From positions 3,098-67,097 of the forward strand of contig JAOAHJ010000031.1 of NCBI GenBank assembly GCA_026415295.1: 64,000 nucleotides of DNA. Reading direction: 5' to 3'. Positions 10,400-18,788 of the stretch are shown piece by piece. Both the position numbers and the translations under genes were made by a program. Under the pieces are notes generated by a model. The model worked only from the letters and a program-made list of their open reading frames with translations. It made no database searches and was not told the origin of the DNA. The stretch comes from Spirochaetota bacterium (GTDB lineage Bacteria; Spirochaetota; JAAYUW01; JAOAHJ01). Positions within the stretch are counted from its first letter, which is position 1, and each line of letters opens with the position of its first letter.

Positions 10400-10521
10400 A
10401 TTTAAGATTTTATAAATTTATATTAATTTATTTTTATTGATTAAAAAACCAATCATAAAAAATTAATTAATATTTTGTTATAAGATTTAAAAATTTTTTA
10501 ATTATTAAAAAATAATTAATT

Positions 10522-10809
10522 TTATTTACTTTTTTTACATTTTATGAAAATTTCTCCACATTTATTACATTTTAAAATTTCATGATTAATTAAAAGTTCT
10601 TCAACATGTTTTTTTTGGTTTTCATTTAAAACACCGCTACCATTGCATAATGGACAAACATTTTCCAATGCTTTTAATATGGCAATTCTAATAAAATTAG
10701 ATTTATCTTCTATAAAAGATAATCTTTCATATAGGTTTTTGTCAATTTTTAAAGATATAATATAATTTTTTTTGTTAATTTTATTCCTTTTATTATTTTT
10801 AATTTCCAT
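10522..10809 (-). CDS. CopG/ribbon-helix-helix regulator fused to a Cys/His zinc-finger
   Basis: IISLKID...DKSNFIRIAI (RHH beta-alpha-alpha), then CPLCNGSG, H, H, CNKC, C. ATG 10809 is preferred over the track's TTG 10839, which lies inside the promoter. Confidence 0.8.
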   Translation of the reverse strand: MEIKNNKRNKINKKNYIISLKIDKNLYERLSFIEDKSNFIRIAILKALENVCPLCNGSGVLNENQKKHVEELLINHEILKCNKCGEIFIKCKKSK

Positions 10810-10827
10810 AATATTATTAATCAAAAA

Positions 10828-10856
10828 AAAGTAATACAAAGTATTAAAATTGTCAA
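10828..10856 (-). promoter_or_regulatory. sigma70 promoter (TTGACA-17-TACTTT) containing a TAATAC-N3-GTATTA inverted repeat
   Basis: -35 at 10856-10851, -10 at 10833-10828, palindrome at 10832-10846. Confidence 0.7.
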
Positions 10857-11055
10857 ATTTTTTATTAATTAAATTTTCTTAATTAAAAAATTGAAAAAAA
10901 AATTAAAATGATATTTAACTAAAAATATTTTTTTATAAGAATTTATTTATAGATTTTATTTAATTGATATAACTTTCATTTAAAGTAATAATTATAATAA
11001 AAATAAAATAGATAAAAATGAAGTATTTAAAAAAATAATTAGATAAGGAAAGTTA

Positions 11056-11967
11056 ATGATTTTAGCTCTTATTTCAGCTTTATTCTCAAGTATTTGTTGG
11101 GCACACAACTCAATAGTTTATACTTTAGCAGGAGAAAGAGTTGGTTCTAAAACTGTTGCAAATATTAGATTATGGTTTTCTATACCATTTTCTATTATTT
11201 TTAATTTGATTTTTTTAAAAAGCTTTATTCCAATTCCTACAAACCAGATTAGTTTTTATTTATATTCCTTACTTTCTGGTTTTTTAGGGTTTTTTTTAGC
11301 TGATTTGTTAATTTTTGAAGCTTTTGTTTTAATTGGACCAAAAAATACTCTTATAACTTTAACTTTGACTCCAGTATTTAATATTATATTTGGTTATCTT
11401 CTATTTAAGGACATTTTTAACATCAAACAAATTATTGGTTCATTTTTCGTTATAATAGGAATTATTGGTGTTATATATTTTGATAACAATAGTAAAGAAG
11501 AAAACATAAGTGATCAAAAAATAAAAAAAGAAGAATATTTTATTGGATTTTTGTTAGCTGTTGGTGGTGCTTTTATTCAATCTCTTGGTTCTGTTTTTGC
11601 TAAATATTCTTTTAACAGCAATGTTGGCCCATTTGAAACTAATTTTTATAGATTAATTGGTGGATTTGTTGGAATAAATTTATATTCTTTAATTAAAAAG
11701 GAGTTAAAGAATGATTTTTTAAAGATGAAAGATAAGAAATCTGTTTTTTTGATTTCATTTGGAGCTTTAGTCGGGCCTGTTCTTGGCGTATCTGCAGCTC
11801 TTTATTCTATAAAGAAAATTTCAATAGGATTAACATCAGTGCTTACAAATTTGTCTCCTGCTTTTGTTGTACCAATGGAATATTTTATCATGAAAAAAAA
11901 GATAAATAAGGTAGTATTAATTTTTATTTTAATATCTATTTTAGGGACAATTGCAATATTTATTTAA
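11056..11967 (+). CDS. DMT/EamA-family transporter
   Basis: About 10 TM segments in two EamA repeats; SD AAGGA upstream. Confidence 0.9.
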   Translation: MILALISALFSSICWAHNSIVYTLAGERVGSKTVANIRLWFSIPFSIIFNLIFLKSFIPIPTNQISFYLYSLLSGFLGFFLADLLIFEAFVLIGPKNTLITLTLTPVFNIIFGYLLFKDIFNIKQIIGSFFVIIGIIGVIYFDNNSKEENISDQKIKKEEYFIGFLLAVGGAFIQSLGSVFAKYSFNSNVGPFETNFYRLIGGFVGINLYSLIKKELKNDFLKMKDKKSVFLISFGALVGPVLGVSAALYSIKKISIGLTSVLTNLSPAFVVPMEYFIMKKKINKVVLIFILISILGTIAIFI

Positions 11968-12082
11968 TTTTTTATTATTGTTAATTTTTTATTTTTATTA
12001 ATATTTTAATAAATACTCATTTATTTTATTTCAGATATATATGCATTAAAATTTCTTAATCATATTTTATTTTAATTAGTGA

Positions 12083-13033
12083 TTATAAATAAATAATATC
12101 TTTTTCCTCTATTATTTTTTTGTTTTTATTTAAATTTAATATCAAATTTCCTTTTAATAAACCTGAAAAATTATAAAATTCTGAAGTAATTAATGTAATA
12201 CAGCTTTTATTAAAAGTAAAACCTTTTACATCTGGTTGGTGACCTCTTATTAAATAATCAAAATTTAATTGAGATTTTATTTTTATATATTCTTCTTCCT
12301 CATAAAAGAAATCTGCTCTTTTAATAAAATTTTTTAATTCTTTGGGTTTTATGTCTCCCCAAAGAATATATTTTATAATATTCTTATTTTTATAGAAAAT
12401 ATCTGAGATTTTATTGCATTTATTAATATTTTCTTCAAAATCATTTAAATCTTTAAAAAAGTAGGGTATCCCGTGTAAAAAAAGTATTTTTTCATATCTT
12501 CCACAAATTGAGAGGGAATCAAAAAAATTGGTAATATATTCGTTATATTTATAAGCAAATTCGGAAAACCAGAAATCAGAAGGCCAAAAAGATATTATAT
12601 GGTATATTTCATGGTTACCAGCAAGTAAAATAATATTTTCTGGATATAATATCTTTAACAATACAATAAGTATTATTACTTCAGCTGAGTATTTCCCCCT
12701 ATCTACATAATCACCAAGAAATACTAAAAGATTAGAATTATTTAAATATTTTAAAATAATTTTTAACAATGAAAATAGGTCCCCATGAATATCCCCAATA
12801 AATATAATATTATCTATTTTATTTAATTGATTAGAATCAACATTTACAAAAAGATTCTGTTTTTTAGTTAATTCACATACAATTATGAATAATTCTTTAA
12901 TGTCAATATCTTTAAATTTATTAAAATCAAAATATAAATTTTCAAATTTTTTTATTTCAAAATTGTTAAAATTAAAGTTATAATTAAAAATATCATATAT
13001 TTTTTGAAGATAATAATTAATATTGTCATTCAT
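12083..13033 (-). CDS. PPP-family Ser/Thr metallophosphatase
   Basis: GDIHG, GDYVDRG, GNHE, LHG and IRGHQ motifs. Confidence 0.88.
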   Translation of the reverse strand: MNDNINYYLQKIYDIFNYNFNFNNFEIKKFENLYFDFNKFKDIDIKELFIIVCELTKKQNLFVNVDSNQLNKIDNIIFIGDIHGDLFSLLKIILKYLNNSNLLVFLGDYVDRGKYSAEVIILIVLLKILYPENIILLAGNHEIYHIISFWPSDFWFSEFAYKYNEYITNFFDSLSICGRYEKILFLHGIPYFFKDLNDFEENINKCNKISDIFYKNKNIIKYILWGDIKPKELKNFIKRADFFYEEEEYIKIKSQLNFDYLIRGHQPDVKGFTFNKSCITLITSEFYNFSGLLKGNLILNLNKNKKIIEEKDIIYL

Positions 13034-14387
13034 ATTTTATAAATGGATCTTCCCCTTTTATTAAACTTTTATGCAGATGATTTATTCCCCAATGATAATA
13101 AATATATTCTAAATTTGGGGCATTAAAAATATTAATAAAAGCATCCTTGCCTTTATTAATAATACCAACATTTTCATTATCTTCTAAATCAATTGCTTTT
13201 GAAGATGTATATGTTGATGCTTTAAGTATTTCCATAGCATTCATTTTAAGTTTAATAGCAGAAATTGTATAGATTAATAAAATATTTTCTGTACAGTTTG
13301 TACCTGGATTAAAATCAGACCCAATTGCTACTTCAATTCCTTTTTCTTTAAATTTGTCAAATGGTGCAAAAGGTTCGTTTAAATAAAAAGCTGTTCCAGG
13401 TAAAAGAACAGGAATAGTTTTAGATTTTTTTATTTCTTCTAGTCCTTTTTCAGAAATTTTTAGTAAATGATCAGCACTAACTGCTCCTAATTGACAAGCA
13501 AGTTCTGTAGCACCTATGTTTGAAAGCTCATCAGAGTGTATTTTAAGTTTAAATCCTACCTCTTTTGCTTTTGTAAGAATTCTCTCTGTATTTTTTAAAT
13601 CAAAAACTTTTTCTTCAGAAAAAATATCAAAAAATATAGCTAAGTTTTTACTTTTGACCTCAGGTATTATTTCATTGATAATAGTTTCAACCCATAAGTA
13701 TTTTTTTTCAGGATAATCAAATTTATATTCTGGAGGATAATCATGAGCTGCAAGACATGTTGGAAATATTTGAATATTTGTATATTCTTTTGCTTTATTA
13801 ATAATTTTAAGAATTTTTATTTCATCATTTTTAGTTAGTCCATAACCAGATTTTATTTCTATATGAGAAACACCAAATTGGGAAAATTTAAAGATTCTTT
13901 GTAAAAGGTTTTTAAGTAAAATTTCTTCAGAAGCTTCTCTTGTTAGCTTTACAGAATAACTTATTCCACCGCCCATTTTAGCTATTTCAAGATAAGAGAT
14001 CCCTTGATTTCTCAAGAAAAATTCTTTTTCTCTTGAGCCATGAAAGATAGCATGTGTATGTGGATCGACAAATGATGGTGTTAAAGTCTTTTGATTACAA
14101 TCTATTACTTCTAATTTATAATTTTGAATCTTTTCATTTTGAATTAAAGTATTTAATATTTTTTCTATTAAGTTTTCTTTTTCATAATTAGAATAATAAA
14201 TAATAAAATTATTCGAAAAATTAAATTTTTCTTTAGTAATTTTTTTTTCAAATATATCTTCTAAAAATAAATAGTAATATTTTCCATTTATTAGAATTAT
14301 ATCACAGTTTGAAAAATTAAAGAAATTACCGTTTAAATCAAAACCGTATAAATTATAGATATCTTTTAAATGAACTATTTTAACCAT
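13026..14387 (-). CDS. hutI: imidazolonepropionase
   Basis: FVDPHTH, GGGISYSV, EIKSGYGL, KIHSDEL, SADHL, LLPGT and SDFNPG motifs. Confidence 0.95.
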   Translation of the reverse strand: MVKIVHLKDIYNLYGFDLNGNFFNFSNCDIILINGKYYYLFLEDIFEKKITKEKFNFSNNFIIYYSNYEKENLIEKILNTLIQNEKIQNYKLEVIDCNQKTLTPSFVDPHTHAIFHGSREKEFFLRNQGISYLEIAKMGGGISYSVKLTREASEEILLKNLLQRIFKFSQFGVSHIEIKSGYGLTKNDEIKILKIINKAKEYTNIQIFPTCLAAHDYPPEYKFDYPEKKYLWVETIINEIIPEVKSKNLAIFFDIFSEEKVFDLKNTERILTKAKEVGFKLKIHSDELSNIGATELACQLGAVSADHLLKISEKGLEEIKKSKTIPVLLPGTAFYLNEPFAPFDKFKEKGIEVAIGSDFNPGTNCTENILLIYTISAIKLKMNAMEILKASTYTSSKAIDLEDNENVGIINKGKDAFINIFNAPNLEYIYYHWGINHLHKSLIKGEDPFIKYE

Positions 14388-14422
14388 AAAATACTCTTTT
14401 TAATATTTTTAGAAAAATATAT

Positions 14423-14458
14423 ATTAATTAAAAAATAATACAATTAATTAAAAAATAA
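14423..14458. repeat. 16-bp perfect direct repeat ATTAATTAAAAAATAA x2 (period 20)
   Basis: Copies at 14423-14438 and 14443-14458 in the divergent hutI/cheR intergenic region. Confidence 0.6.
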
Positions 14459-14622
14459 GCTAAATTATTTATAAAAAATCTTAATTTAAATTATCATTTG
14501 ACATTTAATATAAAATATATTAATAATTTTTATATAGAAATTATTGAATAAAATTTAACTTTACAAAAATTTTTAATTAATATTTTTTATATTAATTAAG
14601 GTAAATTATTAGTGGAGATAAT

Positions 14623-15450
14623 ATGGAATTTGTTCTAACTGAAGAGGATTTCAAAATATTTAAAGATTTTATATATGAAAAATCAGGGATATATTTTTCA
14701 GATATAAATAAGGCAGTTTTAGAAAATAGATTATATGAGATAATGTTGAAAAATAAATATTCAAGTTTAAAAGAATACTATAATATTTTACTAAAAGATG
14801 AAGCAGAAGTTAGAAATTTTCTTGATAAAGTTACTACAAATTTAACAAAATTTTTTAGAAATGAACCACAATTTGATGCATTAAAAAATGTAGTTATAAA
14901 AGAAATAGTTAAAAGAAATAAAGAAAATGGAATTAATAATATAAGAATATGGTCTGCTGGTTGTTCCTCAGGAGAAGAACCATATACTATAGCAATGATA
15001 TTTGCAGAAGAATTAGGTTTTAACTCTGGGATTGAGGTTAAAATAGTAGCTTCTGATATATCATTAAAAAGTCTACTCATAGCAAAGGAAGGCTTTTATA
15101 GTGAAGAAAAAGTTAAAGATGTTCCTCAGAATTATTTAAATAAATATTTTCAAAAAGTAGGAGATGGATATAGAATTATTGATGAGCTAAAAAAAATGAT
15201 CAAATTTGATTATCATAATTTAAAGCATGATTTTCCATATAATGATCTAGATATAATATTTTGTAGAAATGTCATTATATATTTTGACCAAAAAACTCAA
15301 CATGATGTTGTAACTAAGTTTTATAATCTTTTAAGAGATTATGGATACTTGTTTCTTGGTCATTCGGAATCTCTTTTTGGAATGAATACGAAATTTAAAT
15401 TTAGAAAAGTAGAAAATGCAATATGCTATATTAAAGATGAAAGGAAATAA
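14623..15450 (+). CDS. cheR: chemotaxis methyltransferase CheR
   Basis: TTNLTKFFRN, RIWSAGCSSGEEPYT, IFCRNVIIYF and LFLGHSESL motifs. Confidence 0.97.
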   Translation: MEFVLTEEDFKIFKDFIYEKSGIYFSDINKAVLENRLYEIMLKNKYSSLKEYYNILLKDEAEVRNFLDKVTTNLTKFFRNEPQFDALKNVVIKEIVKRNKENGINNIRIWSAGCSSGEEPYTIAMIFAEELGFNSGIEVKIVASDISLKSLLIAKEGFYSEEKVKDVPQNYLNKYFQKVGDGYRIIDELKKMIKFDYHNLKHDFPYNDLDIIFCRNVIIYFDQKTQHDVVTKFYNLLRDYGYLFLGHSESLFGMNTKFKFRKVENAICYIKDERK

Positions 15451-15483
15451 TTTAAATAAATTTTTATAGCTTTTAAAGGTTTT

Positions 15484-16635
15484 ATGAAAGAAAAAATTAA
15501 AGTTTTAGTAGTTGATGATTCTGCTGTAATGCGAAAACTATTATCTGAGATAATAAGTAGTGATCCAGAAATGGAAATTGTTTCTACTGCTATAAATGGT
15601 AAATTTGCACTGCAAAAACTTATTTCTCTAAAGCCGGATATAATAACCCTCGATATTGAGATGCCAGAGATGAATGGTTTAGAATTTTTAAAAGAAAAAA
15701 TGAAAATGAAAGATGAAACTCCTGTTGTAGTTATCTCTTCTCTAACATCAGAGGGATCAAAAGTAACAATGGAAGCTTTTGAATTGGGGGCTAAAGATTA
15801 TATTCATAAGCCATCTGGTTCAATTAGTTTAAATATTAAAGACTTAGAAGAAGAAATTATTTTAAAAATTAAAAATTGGGCTCTTAAATATAAAGATATT
15901 TATAAAAAGAGTACTGATATTAGAAAAATAGATAATGAAAATTATACTACTAATTTAAAAAAAGAATCTATTTCTTATTTGGGAAATAAAATTGATAGAT
16001 CAAGTTTAAAAATTCTTGAGAAAGAGGAAGTTGAACAATTAAAGCACAAGAAAAATAAAATACCTGAAAATCCAGATTTTATTGCTATAGGAATTTCAAC
16101 TGGAGGTCCGGAAGCTTTAAGGACAATATTACCATTATTAAAAATTGATATTCCTATTATTATTATTCAACATATGCCACCATTTTTTACTAGTGAATTT
16201 GCAAAATCCTTGAATAAAATTGTTCAAAATTATAAGGTTGTTGAAGCATCAGACAAAGATAAAATAAAAAGAAATGTTATATATATCGCTCCAGGAGGGA
16301 AGCAATTAGGAGTAAAAAAAGTTTATAATGAATATGAAATATTTATTAATGATGATCCACCTGTTAATAATCATAGACCTTCTGTTGATTATTTTTTTAA
16401 AACTCTTTATGAGATGGATTCAACTAATTTTATAGCTATTATTATGACTGGTATGGGTAAAGATGGTGCTTATTATATTTCAAAATTAAGGTTAAAGGGA
16501 GTTTATACAATAGGGCAGGATGCTGAAACTTCGATTGTTTATGGAATGCCTAAAGTTGCTTTTGAATTAAATGGACTTGATAATGTTTTATCGCTTATTG
16601 AAATTCCTGAATTTTTGAATAATATTAAAGAGTAA
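15484..16635 (+). CDS. cheB: chemotaxis response regulator methylesterase CheB
   Basis: REC domain plus methylesterase with intact S/H/D triad (GISTGG, QHMP, MGKDG). Confidence 0.97.
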   Translation: MKEKIKVLVVDDSAVMRKLLSEIISSDPEMEIVSTAINGKFALQKLISLKPDIITLDIEMPEMNGLEFLKEKMKMKDETPVVVISSLTSEGSKVTMEAFELGAKDYIHKPSGSISLNIKDLEEEIILKIKNWALKYKDIYKKSTDIRKIDNENYTTNLKKESISYLGNKIDRSSLKILEKEEVEQLKHKKNKIPENPDFIAIGISTGGPEALRTILPLLKIDIPIIIIQHMPPFFTSEFAKSLNKIVQNYKVVEASDKDKIKRNVIYIAPGGKQLGVKKVYNEYEIFINDDPPVNNHRPSVDYFFKTLYEMDSTNFIAIIMTGMGKDGAYYISKLRLKGVYTIGQDAETSIVYGMPKVAFELNGLDNVLSLIEIPEFLNNIKE

Positions 16636-16819
16636 TTATAATAAATTTAAAATTGATTTAGATTAATATAAAAATAAGATTAATGTAATAATTAAATTGA
16701 TTTAAAAACACAACTGAATATTTAATTGATAATATAATTAAATTCTAATTGATAATGGGGTTAAATATTAAATAATATAAAAGATTAATTTATTAAAAAA
16801 AATATATTAATATAAAGAT

Positions 16820-16847
16820 TTGATTTTTAACAAAATTATATTAAATT
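16820..16847 (+). promoter_or_regulatory. candidate sigma70 promoter TTGATT-16-TAAATT for cheY
   Basis: Hexamers read directly, just upstream of SD GGGAGG; AT-rich background lowers specificity. Confidence 0.4.
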
Positions 16848-16865
16848 TTAATCGGGAGGAATTCC

Positions 16866-17339
16866 ATGAATCAAATTGATATAGAAAACAATGATTTTTC
16901 AGTTTTGCCATCTATAAATAAGAAAGAACCAGAGGGACTTAAACCTGACGGAACTCCATACAATGTTTTAATTGCTGATGATTCAATGTTTGTTTTAAAA
17001 TTATTAAAACAATTTTTGACTTCTGAGGGGTACAATGTTATTGATACTGCAGCAGATGGAGAAGAAGCTATAGAAAAATTTCAGAAATATATAAATAAAT
17101 TAGATCTTGTAACTCTTGATATTACTATGCCTAAAGTAGATGGAATAACAGCCTTAAAAAAAATATTATCAATAAAACCTGATATTTGTATTATTATGAT
17201 TTCAGCCATTGGTAGAGAAGATCTTGTAAAAGAAGCTTTAACTATTGGAGCAAAAAATTATATTGTTAAACCATTGAATAGAGAAAAAGTTTTATCTAGA
17301 ATTAAACAAACTTTAGATAGAGTTTATAAAAAAGATTAG
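16866..17339 (+). CDS. cheY: chemotaxis response regulator CheY, spirochete type
   Basis: Single REC domain (ADDS, TLDITMP, YIVKP) with an N-terminal PSINKKEPEGLKPDGTPYNVL extension resembling Treponema/Borrelia CheY. Confidence 0.9.
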   Translation: MNQIDIENNDFSVLPSINKKEPEGLKPDGTPYNVLIADDSMFVLKLLKQFLTSEGYNVIDTAADGEEAIEKFQKYINKLDLVTLDITMPKVDGITALKKILSIKPDICIIMISAIGREDLVKEALTIGAKNYIVKPLNREKVLSRIKQTLDRVYKKD

Positions 17340-17469
17340 TATTATTATAAAACAAATGAATTAAGTTATTTAAGTTAATTTAAATATTTATTAATTAAAT
17401 TATAATAATTTTTAAAAAATAAAAAGTATAGAAATTAATAAGAATTATAAAATAATTGAAATTCTAAAT

Positions 17470-18150
17470 TTGATCCAAAAAAAAACTTTCAAATACATTC
17501 TTAATAGTTCTGATATAATTGGAGAGTTAGAATTATTGAATAATTGTAATGATCTTTTTTATGACTTATTTAGAGAAATTTTTTTTGATAAAAAGACATT
17601 AAATAATTATGAAATAGAAAAAGATAATCTGTTTCTTTTTTTTAAACATTTTATTATAATGAATATTTTATTTGTTATACAGTTTTATTTTTATTCTAAA
17701 TTTAATTTTTATTTAAATTTTAGTCCATTAAAAATATTTCTTATAAAAATTCCTCAAAATGGGGATAAATGTTTGGATTTTGATTATAATAGAAATGATT
17801 TTTGCAAATTAGAAATAGATGAAAACTCTTATGGAAATTGCATTTTTCATTATAGGAAGAAAACAAATCTTCCAGCTATAAATTCTTTAAGAGACTATTA
17901 TTCAAATTTCGATAATCTTTTTCTTGTATCTAATAAAACTATAGAAAAAATACTTGATTCATACTTCTATTTTTCAGTTAATAAAGATAAATATTTCGAG
18001 TTATTAAGGTATTTTGATTTAAATATTAATTGCTCACTAAAAGATTTGAAAAAATCTTTTAGAGAAAAAATAAAACAAGAAAATGATAACACAAAAAAGA
18101 GAGAATTAATAGAAAATTATAATCTATTGAAGAATTTATTTTTAGAGTAA
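17470..18150 (+). CDS. hypothetical protein with C-terminal J-domain-like helices
   Basis: C-terminal YFELLRYFDLNINCSLKDLKKSFREKIK...YNLL resembles a DnaJ helix pattern; no HPD; TTG start. Confidence 0.6.
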   Translation: MIQKKTFKYILNSSDIIGELELLNNCNDLFYDLFREIFFDKKTLNNYEIEKDNLFLFFKHFIIMNILFVIQFYFYSKFNFYLNFSPLKIFLIKIPQNGDKCLDFDYNRNDFCKLEIDENSYGNCIFHYRKKTNLPAINSLRDYYSNFDNLFLVSNKTIEKILDSYFYFSVNKDKYFELLRYFDLNINCSLKDLKKSFREKIKQENDNTKKRELIENYNLLKNLFLE

Positions 18151-18176
18151 AAATATAAAAAACAATAAACTTAATA

Positions 18177-18785
18177 TTAAAAATTAATACCTACAATTTT
18201 ATAATTTGGTCCAAAACCCCTAAGAATAAAGAGAAGAGTATTATTTTCTTTTTTAATAAAAACAAATATGTCATCCTCTTGATAAATAAGAGGAATAAAA
18301 TTATATTTTTCTGAAAGTTCATTATAGTTTAATATAGAAAAATTGTCTTCTTTATCGGAAAATAGATTAGAATATTTATTAAAAACGAATTCTAAAGTTT
18401 TGTTAAAATCTTCTTTTTCAAGAATTTCAAAATTGTTTGTTATTTTATAACATGGATATGAAATATAGTTGCCTAATTCTTTATTATTAAATTTCTCAAT
18501 ATTTTCTTTTACTTTTAAAATGATATTAATAAAATCTTGCTTTGTATATTTTTTTAAAACATCTTTTTGAGGTAAAGGTTTGTTGTAATTAACAGGGTCA
18601 AGATATTTTGCAACTTGTAAGAAATCATTTCCCTTTTTTTGATCACCAACACTAAAGTAATACTGTGAAACTTTATAATAAGCAACAGCTAATTTAATTC
18701 TATCCGAATAAGAAATATTTGAAAAATTTGAAGAAAAAAATAAAACCATAATGAATAAAAAAATAAATAAAAAATATTTTTTCAT
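18177..18785 (-). CDS. exported hypothetical protein with a TPR-like N-terminal helix pair
   Basis: MKKYFLFIFLF signal peptide; LAVAYY...G...KG..F...A..LDP pattern. Confidence 0.7.
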   Translation of the reverse strand: MKKYFLFIFLFIMVLFFSSNFSNISYSDRIKLAVAYYKVSQYYFSVGDQKKGNDFLQVAKYLDPVNYNKPLPQKDVLKKYTKQDFINIILKVKENIEKFNNKELGNYISYPCYKITNNFEILEKEDFNKTLEFVFNKYSNLFSDKEDNFSILNYNELSEKYNFIPLIYQEDDIFVFIKKENNTLLFILRGFGPNYKIVGINF

Positions 18786-18788
18786 ACC

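Noticed and set aside
10810-10839. Track's TTG start for the RHH regulator
   Set aside because: It lies inside the promoter spacer and operator; ATG 10809 fits better
14388-14622. Gene-strand switch as a replication origin or terminus
   Set aside because: No DnaA-box cluster or dif-like site recognised; a local divergent promoter explains it
16723-16745. Fur/PerR-like box (TGATAAT) upstream of cheY
   Set aside because: The second half-site matches poorly; no 7-1-7 symmetry
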